Shown here: positions 57,461 to 64,000 of the stretch, one piece after another
Layout of the letters: the number at the start of each line of letters is the position of its first letter
Numbering within the stretch: the stretch's first letter is position 1
Assembly: GCA_001805965.1 (NCBI GenBank)
Contig: MHHG01000012.1
Coordinates: forward strand, 220-64,219
Origin: Omnitrophica WOR_2 bacterium RIFOXYA2_FULL_38_17
GTDB taxonomy: Bacteria; Omnitrophota; Gorgyraeia; Zapsychrales; Zapsychraceae
Direction: 5' to 3'
DNA: 64,000 bases
Translations under genes and position numbers: made by a program
The notes under the pieces: model-generated
What the model was told of the DNA's origin: nothing
The model's database searches: none
Seen by the model: the letters and a program-made list of their open reading frames with translations, nothing else

Positions 57461-60400
57461 ATGAAAAAACTTTTCTTTCATTCTCTAATCTCATTGCTTT
57501 TACTGCAAACAGTCTTTTATAAGATATCCTATGCCCAAGCAGAAAAACAATCTGTTTCAGTCGCAAACCAAACAGAGCTCGAAACCCTTACAGAGCAGAA
57601 TATTTATATCCCTTACAAGATATTTGATGAGGTTTTGGAGAAAAAAGAAAAAGGAATTTTCATACCATATTCCGATTTCCTAAAATTATGGGAAGAAGCA
57701 ACAAAAAAACCCGCAGATAAGGTTATTTCGCCTCCTCCTTTGGATGCAGCCATAATCCATGCAAAATATACAGGCATTGTATATGATGATATTGCAGAAT
57801 TTAAGGCAGAGCTCAAAATATCTGCACTTAAAAAAAACTGGGCAAGCCTTATTTTAAACATTGAGAACATTGCCATAACTTCGTTTACCATAGATGGAAA
57901 AACACCTATTTTAAAACCCGTTGACAATGGCCTAGAATTAGTCCTTCCCGAAGAGGGCAACTATGTACTGCAACTCGAGTTTTCAACACGCGTAAATACT
58001 GCCCCTGGAAAGAATTTCATCAATTTCCAAATCCCCTCTTCACCTCTCACCAAAATTGATTTAACAATACCGGGAAAAGACCTTGATGTAAAGATTGAGC
58101 CCATGGTTTCCAGAAAAAGCAGCGTTGCTGGCGAAAACACATTATTTTCAGCCTTTTTATCTCCGGACGGAAAAGTTAATATAAGCTGGCTGGCTAAATC
58201 GCTGGAATCAAAAACCACAAAAAGCCTTATCTTTGCAAAATCTTCCAATGAGATATATATAAAAGAATCTGTCTACCTCATTAACACAAAGTTCGATTTC
58301 TCTATTATGCAGGCCAAGATCGATTCGCTTAAAGTTAAGATCCCTTCTACTTTAAGCCTTGTAAGAGTTGATGGTGAGAATATCAAGGATTGGAACCTCG
58401 GTGATGATGGCATTCTCTCTGTGAACCTTTATGAAAAAATAGACGGCAATTATAACCTATCAATTGGAACAGAAAAATACCGTGACATTGATGAAACAAT
58501 GTTTGAAATTCCGCAATTCGAGGTCATAGGTGCTCAGCGCGAAGACGGAGAAATAATTATTAAAGCTGAACCTTCTCTTCGTGTTCAAGTTGAAAAAAAG
58601 AACGGCGTTACACAAATAGACCCGAAAGAAATCGGCAACAGGATAGATTTCAATGAATTTGTTTCAGCGTTCAAATATTTCAGGCTTCCTTATACCGTAA
58701 GCCTCAACATATCTAAAATCAAACCAAAAATTACTGCCAAGCAGAACATCCTTATATCTTTCTCCGAAACTATTATTGATTATTACACTAACGTGAATTT
58801 TACCATTAAAGATGCAGGCTTATTCAAGTTCAGGTTCCTTATTCCTGATAACTTCAGAGTTTCCGAGATCGCTAATGACAATATAGTGGAAAGCTTTGAT
58901 ATAACAAAGGAAGGTGACAGCACTATACTCACAGTTGTTCTGAAGAATAAAGCATACGGTGATTTTATTCTTCCTATACACCTTGAAACAGATAAGGAAG
59001 ATAAAGCAGTTTCCAATAACATACCTAAGCTTCTATGCCTAGATGCAGAAAAAGAAGATGGTATTATTGCACTTTCTCTTAGGAAGAACCTTAAGCTTTC
59101 GACAGAAGACATAAAATCTCTTCGCCCCATAAGTCTTGAAGAACTGCAATCCCTTGGAATAAGAGCAATAGATCCAAAGAACGAGATTGCTGCCGGCTAC
59201 CGTTACTCAACAACCGATTATTCAAGCATTTTGAAAATTGACAAAAGAAGCACAAAGATCATAGCTAATGTGGAAAGGAACATTGACATCGAAGAAGCCG
59301 TAATGAAAATCAACGATGTTATACGCTATGATATCTTATATGCGCCTGTAAGCAAATTCATGATAGAACTTCCAGCATTAATCGGGAAGGACGCAGTAAT
59401 AACCGGAGACAATATAAAGGAAAAACGTTTCTCAACTGACATGGAATCTAATACGGGAATTTGGGAGATTGAGCTCCATTCGCCTATTTTAAACCAGTTT
59501 GTATTAAATGTCAGCCTTGAGAACAAGCTTCCTTCTGTTACAACTGATAACAAAATATCAATAAACATACCGCCAGTAAAAGTACTTGATGTCTTTAATG
59601 AATCCGGTGTTATTTCCATTACAAAGAGCCCAAACCTTCAAGTAACTGCAGAAGAAAACAATCTTGAACCTATCGACTCTAAAGAACTGCCATCGACAAT
59701 GAACAAGGATCAGAGCGTACTTGCTTTCAGATACCTTAATCATCCCTATTCTCTTTCACTTGAATCCACAAAGCACGAATATGAAAAGATCCTTGATACA
59801 ATTGTCAACCAAGCTCATTTTGACATTGTTGTATCCAACGAAGGCATCGCTAAAACAGAAGGGGTTTTTAAAATACAGAACACCAACAGGCAAAGCCTTG
59901 AACTAATGATGCCTGAAGGAACAGACAAGATATTTTCCGTGTTTATATCAGGCAAGAAAGCCAGCATATCTAAAGGCGAGTCTCCCAGAAGCAAGATCAT
60001 CATGCTCCCGAAAGACATAACACCAGGGCAAGAATTTTCTTTAAGGATAATATATCAATCCCAGCTTAGAAAAGACTTTGGATCGTTCGGAGGTCTTAAA
60101 GCAGAAAGCGCTGAAATTGTAGATATACCTTGTTCAAAGATCACCTGGAGAATTTACCTTCCAGATGAATATAGTTATATTTACCTTGACGGTTCTTTGA
60201 GCCAGAGCGGCATCAGGTCAGAGCCATTCAACGACATAAATCCCTACATGCAGTCACAACAGGTTCGTAGCCAGCAAAAAATTCAGCTGAACAATAAACA
60301 GATACCTCAACAATCAGATGAACAAGCCCTTTACGGGTTAGACATAGAGATCATTCGGGAAGGACGAATGTATTCATTCTCAAAGTTAGATAAGCAAGCA

Positions 60401-60724
60401 TACCTTAATGTCTGGTATGTAAAAAAACTTGCAATATTCCCAATATCCCTTATTATCATCGCTCTTGCGACAATAATGTTCACGCTAATACAAAATAAGT
60501 ATCCGGCAGATAAAATCAAGTTTATTTCAATAACGCTGGCATCAGCTTTAGCTCTTTTTATCCTTTTACCTCAGGGATTCAAGTTCTTCATTATACTTTT
60601 GCTTACAGGCTTTGTTATTTCTAAAGTGCCTCTAGCAAATAACTTTATTAATAACAGGTTGAAATATACAAAAAGCAAATCAAAAAAACCAATAAACCCT
60701 ACTGAAAACAGCATGGAAAATTAA
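57461..60724 (+). CDS. Large exported, C-terminally membrane-anchored protein of unknown function with three internal repeats
   Basis: GGAGG RBS before ATG 57461, signal peptide ending YAQA, beta-rich body, C-terminal TM helices. Confidence 0.8.
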   Translation: MKKLFFHSLISLLLLQTVFYKISYAQAEKQSVSVANQTELETLTEQNIYIPYKIFDEVLEKKEKGIFIPYSDFLKLWEEATKKPADKVISPPPLDAAIIHAKYTGIVYDDIAEFKAELKISALKKNWASLILNIENIAITSFTIDGKTPILKPVDNGLELVLPEEGNYVLQLEFSTRVNTAPGKNFINFQIPSSPLTKIDLTIPGKDLDVKIEPMVSRKSSVAGENTLFSAFLSPDGKVNISWLAKSLESKTTKSLIFAKSSNEIYIKESVYLINTKFDFSIMQAKIDSLKVKIPSTLSLVRVDGENIKDWNLGDDGILSVNLYEKIDGNYNLSIGTEKYRDIDETMFEIPQFEVIGAQREDGEIIIKAEPSLRVQVEKKNGVTQIDPKEIGNRIDFNEFVSAFKYFRLPYTVSLNISKIKPKITAKQNILISFSETIIDYYTNVNFTIKDAGLFKFRFLIPDNFRVSEIANDNIVESFDITKEGDSTILTVVLKNKAYGDFILPIHLETDKEDKAVSNNIPKLLCLDAEKEDGIIALSLRKNLKLSTEDIKSLRPISLEELQSLGIRAIDPKNEIAAGYRYSTTDYSSILKIDKRSTKIIANVERNIDIEEAVMKINDVIRYDILYAPVSKFMIELPALIGKDAVITGDNIKEKRFSTDMESNTGIWEIELHSPILNQFVLNVSLENKLPSVTTDNKISINIPPVKVLDVFNESGVISITKSPNLQVTAEENNLEPIDSKELPSTMNKDQSVLAFRYLNHPYSLSLESTKHEYEKILDTIVNQAHFDIVVSNEGIAKTEGVFKIQNTNRQSLELMMPEGTDKIFSVFISGKKASISKGESPRSKIIMLPKDITPGQEFSLRIIYQSQLRKDFGSFGGLKAESAEIVDIPCSKITWRIYLPDEYSYIYLDGSLSQSGIRSEPFNDINPYMQSQQVRSQQKIQLNNKQIPQQSDEQALYGLDIEIIREGRMYSFSKLDKQAYLNVWYVKKLAIFPISLIIIALATIMFTLIQNKYPADKIKFISITLASALALFILLPQGFKFFIILLLTGFVISKVPLANNFINNRLKYTKSKSKKPINPTENSMEN

Positions 60725-60737
60725 GGAGTCCAGGACA

Positions 60738-63700
60738 ATGAAAAAAAGATTATTATTCCTGATTTGCTTTTTTCTCCTTTGCTCCATTAATGACCCCGCT
60801 TCAGCAGAAAATGAGCTTCAGAACAGGACCAAGGAAACCTTTGTCTTCTTCCCTGCAGATGAGATCAAATCCGTTCTTGACATTGAAAAAGAAGGCATAT
60901 TTGTTTCGTATAAAGATTATAAGGAGCTTTACGAAAAAGCAAAGACTGAATTCTTAAAAATGAGGCGTGAAGTATTACCACCCCTTGAAATAAAACAACC
61001 TTATATTGTTCAGGCAAATTATTCCGGGACAATTAAAGGTGATATATTAGCAATTTCTGCCAACTACAAAATAGTGAACAACAACGAAAAGCCTCAAGTC
61101 ATGGAATTTCCTCTTGAAGGTGTCCTTTACCTTAATGCAACACTGAATGACAAAAAAGCTCTTTTCTATGATCAAGACGGCAACTACAAAATAGTCATAC
61201 CGAATAAAGGGGATTATACCCTATCTATAGACTTCTTAGTTCCTATAGATTTCAATAAAAAGAAAGGTATTATTTCTTTTAAAATCCCAAAGACCCTGTT
61301 AGGAGACATAACATTAGTTTCGGATCTTTTTTATGATATCAGGTTCCAGAACGTCCTATTCTCTTCTAAAAAACAAATTGATGACAAAATGGAATTTGTC
61401 GGATTTATCAGCGATAAAGACAATATTGCCTTCGAAATAACCAACCGCCGTACTTCAGGAGAGAAAAGAGTCAAAATAGTATCCGATGAGAAACACCAGG
61501 TAAACATTAATAACGATCTGATTGAACATACTGCCCTATATTCACTGGACATTCAAAACGGCAAAGTTAACAGCTTTGATCTTTCAATAGGAAAAAATAT
61601 TCACATTCATGACGTTTCAGGCAACGGCATTTCCGGATGGAGCCGAGAAAGTAAAACAGACACTGACATCTTGCATATAAATTTCCATGTTCCCTTAAAT
61701 GGAAAGACCTCTTTTTCATTAAAAACATATCAGTATAATGAAGAAAAAACCAAATCCTTTGAAATATCTGACATTCAGATAAAAGACCTGTTTGAAAGAA
61801 AAGGAATCCTTACAGTTTATTATGATGAAAACATAAGAATCGACACTGAAAACATAAAATTTTTACTGCCATTAAAAGGCCCTTCAATAACCGAGGATAC
61901 CGATGACAGCTGGCTTGTTTACAAGCAATTTCGCATCTTAAATCTTCCATATGAGATCTCTTTTTCCCTAAAAGATGTCCCCATCCAAACAGCTATGCAG
62001 CAATACAGCCAAATGAACATTGAGAGCTCTAAGATCAATCTTAATTCCCAGATCGTTCTTTCATCATTACCACAAGGAACAACTCAATTTGTCTTCCGTT
62101 ATCCCAAAGGTTACATATTAAGAGAAGTTTTTGCTTCGATAAACGATCAACCAGTTAAAGAGAATCACGAGATTAAAGGAGAAGAAAACAATCTTTATAT
62201 CGAAGTTCGTCAACCTGTAAGCTCAAAAGACACAATTTCTTTTTCAATACTTTCAGAACAATTCCTAGATGAAGAATCCTTGAAGAACAAATCTCAAACG
62301 ATTACCATTCCCGCCATAACTTATTCTCAAACACAAAATATGACAGGGACCCTTGAAATATCAATAGATGAATTATTCCTGCTCGAAGATATAATTCTTA
62401 AAGGATATATGCCTTCCGATATGATGATAGCTTCATCATCAGAGGCAAAAAACAAAATACTTTATTATAATTTCCGATCACTGTCACCCGAAGGCAGCAT
62501 ACTTCTATCTCTAAGAAAAGCTGAACAGACAACAAAATCAGTAACATTTTTAGCAGCCGATGAAAATTTGATACAAACAAATGCATATATACAATACGAG
62601 ATCACTGCAGGAAAAAAGGACAGCTTTTATTTTGCCATACCAAAATGGAATGATAGCAAGATAAATATAGAAGGCGAGAATATAAAAGAAAAAAAGAAAG
62701 TTAGCCTCGATAAACTACAAAAAGAGCTAAAAATCCCCAGCCTTCCTGATCTAGACAATTACGACATATGGAACGTTGTGCTTCAAAAAGAAGCAAAAGA
62801 AAGCTATCTGCTGGAAATAGACTATCAACAAATAATAGAGAAGTTCAATACTCTTGTGGATGTGCCACTTGTTATGCCTCTAGATGTTTTAAACGATACC
62901 GGCTATATTGTCCTTGAAGCAAGCAAGAATACTGAGATCGCCACAGAAAAATCCGGATTAAATGACATAGAAGCATATGAAATACCGAAATGGCCTTCTT
63001 ATACCCCATCAAACCGAATTGTCGAATCCCTTTGTTATTTTACACGGCCCTTTACTTTCAAGACAGCAGTTACGCGAAGAGATGAATCTCCCGTGCTTGC
63101 CTCCATTGCTGTAAGTGAGAACCATTCTTTTACTTTCGACACAGATTCTCCTGTCTTTTTTGAATCCAGCTACATAATAAAAAACACAAATCTTCAATTT
63201 CTTGAGATCCAGCTCCCTTCAAATTTTGAACTTTGGGGCGCAACCATACAAGGCAAAGGAATAAAGCCCAGAAAAGGCAAGAACAATCTTCTTCTGATAC
63301 CCCTTCCTGTTGATACTAATGAAAATATAGACCTTCGTCTAACAGGACAAATACCGAAAACAAGCAAAGGAAGCATCTTGAAATCACTTGTTCTTTATAG
63401 TCCAAAGCTTAACATTCCATCCCTTCAAACTAATGTTAATATCTATTTTCCTGTTGATTATTCTATTTTCAATATAAGTGGTAACTATGAATATTTTCCA
63501 GAACCAGATTATAAAAAACCTATGCTATTGTCATTATTCAGCAACTTATCATCATACTTTATACAAAATTTTGGCAATTTGACAAGTCCGGCCCTTTATG
63601 CCAGAAGAGGACTTCAAGGCAGGTTGAAATCCTCTTCAGACGATATAGGCGACCAGTTCAGTTATGGAACAATGCAACAATCAAGAGGCGGACGCCAAGT

Positions 63701-64000
63701 CTTCGTTGACAGAGAAGAAACATTGTCAGGCACCGTTCAATATGAACCATATTATTTATCTACTGATTACAACATCATCAGAGACGAATCTATTACCCAA
63801 GACGATAGTGCAGATATTTCAAGGTTCAAAACTTCTGGACCAAAACAACAAGATATTTTACAAGGCGATTATCAGAAAAAGAAAGGCATACTTTCATTGA
63901 ACATAAGCATACCAAAAGAAGGAGATTCTCTTTATGTTGATAAACTCTGGGGAAATAGCCGCCTCTCATTAACTTTTATTTCTGAAACATGGAAAAAATC
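60738..64000 (+). CDS. Second large exported protein, paralog of the upstream gene; incomplete at window end
   Basis: Not in the ORF track. ATG 60738 (MKKRLLFLICFFLLCS...PASAE), then EKEGIFVSYKDYKELYEKAK, matching KEKGIFIPYSDFLKLWEEAT. Frame open wherever I translated it, including the last 400 nt. Confidence 0.85.
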   Translation, partial: MKKRLLFLICFFLLCSINDPASAENELQNRTKETFVFFPADEIKSVLDIEKEGIFVSYKDYKELYEKAKTEFLKMRREVLPPLEIKQPYIVQANYSGTIKGDILAISANYKIVNNNEKPQVMEFPLEGVLYLNATLNDKKALFYDQDGNYKIVIPNKGDYTLSIDFLVPIDFNKKKGIISFKIPKTLLGDITLVSDLFYDIRFQNVLFSSKKQIDDKMEFVGFISDKDNIAFEITNRRTSGEKRVKIVSDEKHQVNINNDLIEHTALYSLDIQNGKVNSFDLSIGKNIHIHDVSGNGISGWSRESKTDTDILHINFHVPLNGKTSFSLKTYQYNEEKTKSFEISDIQIKDLFERKGILTVYYDENIRIDTENIKFLLPLKGPSITEDTDDSWLVYKQFRILNLPYEISFSLKDVPIQTAMQQYSQMNIESSKINLNSQIVLSSLPQGTTQFVFRYPKGYILREVFASINDQPVKENHEIKGEENNLYIEVRQPVSSKDTISFSILSEQFLDEESLKNKSQTITIPAITYSQTQNMTGTLEISIDELFLLEDIILKGYMPSDMMIASSSEAKNKILYYNFRSLSPEGSILLSLRKAEQTTKSVTFLAADENLIQTNAYIQYEITAGKKDSFYFAIPKWNDSKINIEGENIKEKKKVSLDKLQKELKIPSLPDLDNYDIWNVVLQKEAKESYLLEIDYQQIIEKFNTLVDVPLVMPLDVLNDTGYIVLEASKNTEIATEKSGLNDIEAYEIPKWPSYTPSNRIVESLCYFTRPFTFKTAVTRRDESPVLASIAVSENHSFTFDTDSPVFFESSYIIKNTNLQFLEIQLPSNFELWGATIQGKGIKPRKGKNNLLLIPLPVDTNENIDLRLTGQIPKTSKGSILKSLVLYSPKLNIPSLQTNVNIYFPVDYSIFNISGNYEYFPEPDYKKPMLLSLFSNLSSYFIQNFGNLTSPALYARRGLQGRLKSSSDDIGDQFSYGTMQQSRGGRQVFVDREETLSGTVQYEPYYLSTDYNIIRDESITQDDSADISRFKTSGPKQQDILQGDYQKKKGILSLNISIPKEGDSLYVDKLWGNSRLSLTFISETWKK

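Noticed and set aside
61061-61195. 15-bp direct repeat CAACTACAAAATAGT, 120 bp apart
   Set aside because: Only two copies, both in frame encoding NYKIV inside a CDS. Not CRISPR-like and not a clear target-site duplication.
1629-63900. Numerous short ORFs in the track lying antisense or out of frame within long genes (e.g. 6174..6746, 14795..15289, 44382..44864, 57613..57960, 63664..63900)
   Set aside because: They are shadows of well-supported genes, with no motifs or RBS. 63664..63900 lies out of frame inside the CDS starting at 60738.
1-64000. CRISPR arrays, tRNA/rRNA genes, transposases, integrases, prophage or defence genes
   Set aside because: None recognised. Intergenic gaps are short and AT-rich with no regular repeats. 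A covariance-model search would be needed to exclude small RNAs.

Overview
AT-rich bacterial chromosome segment, probably from an anaerobe. The gene-family mix resembles Candidatus Omnitrophota, but that is inference. Almost all genes from 1 to 57 kb are on the minus strand. From left to right: (1) a CDF transporter, AlkD-like repair protein, membrane polyferredoxin, Tat-type DUF362 protein, PRTase and ECF S-component; (2) a complete NAD-coupled group 3d [NiFe]-hydrogenase locus (hoxFUYH, hoxW, hypFCDE) with a separate rex-hypA-hypB unit, a candidate Rex box before hoxF, and nikR plus a His-rich Ni transporter with a direct-repeat operator; (3) oxidative-stress and metal genes (msrAB, DPS-like ferritin, ZIP, mntP), an MnmM-like methylase coupled to a DAO-family oxidase, a broken gloA, a lone RnfD-like gene and GTP-PEPCK; (4) a 15-kb co-directional cluster with five radical SAM enzymes, GT9, GT2, a class III aminotransferase, split transketolase, two SGNH-TPR proteins and a flippase-like protein, which is the best candidate for an undescribed pathway; (5) a MoxR-DUF58-transglutaminase operon divergent from two tandem giant repeat-built exported proteins, the second running off the window end. 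I saw no rRNA, tRNA, CRISPR array or mobile element. All calls come from motif reading, not database searches.
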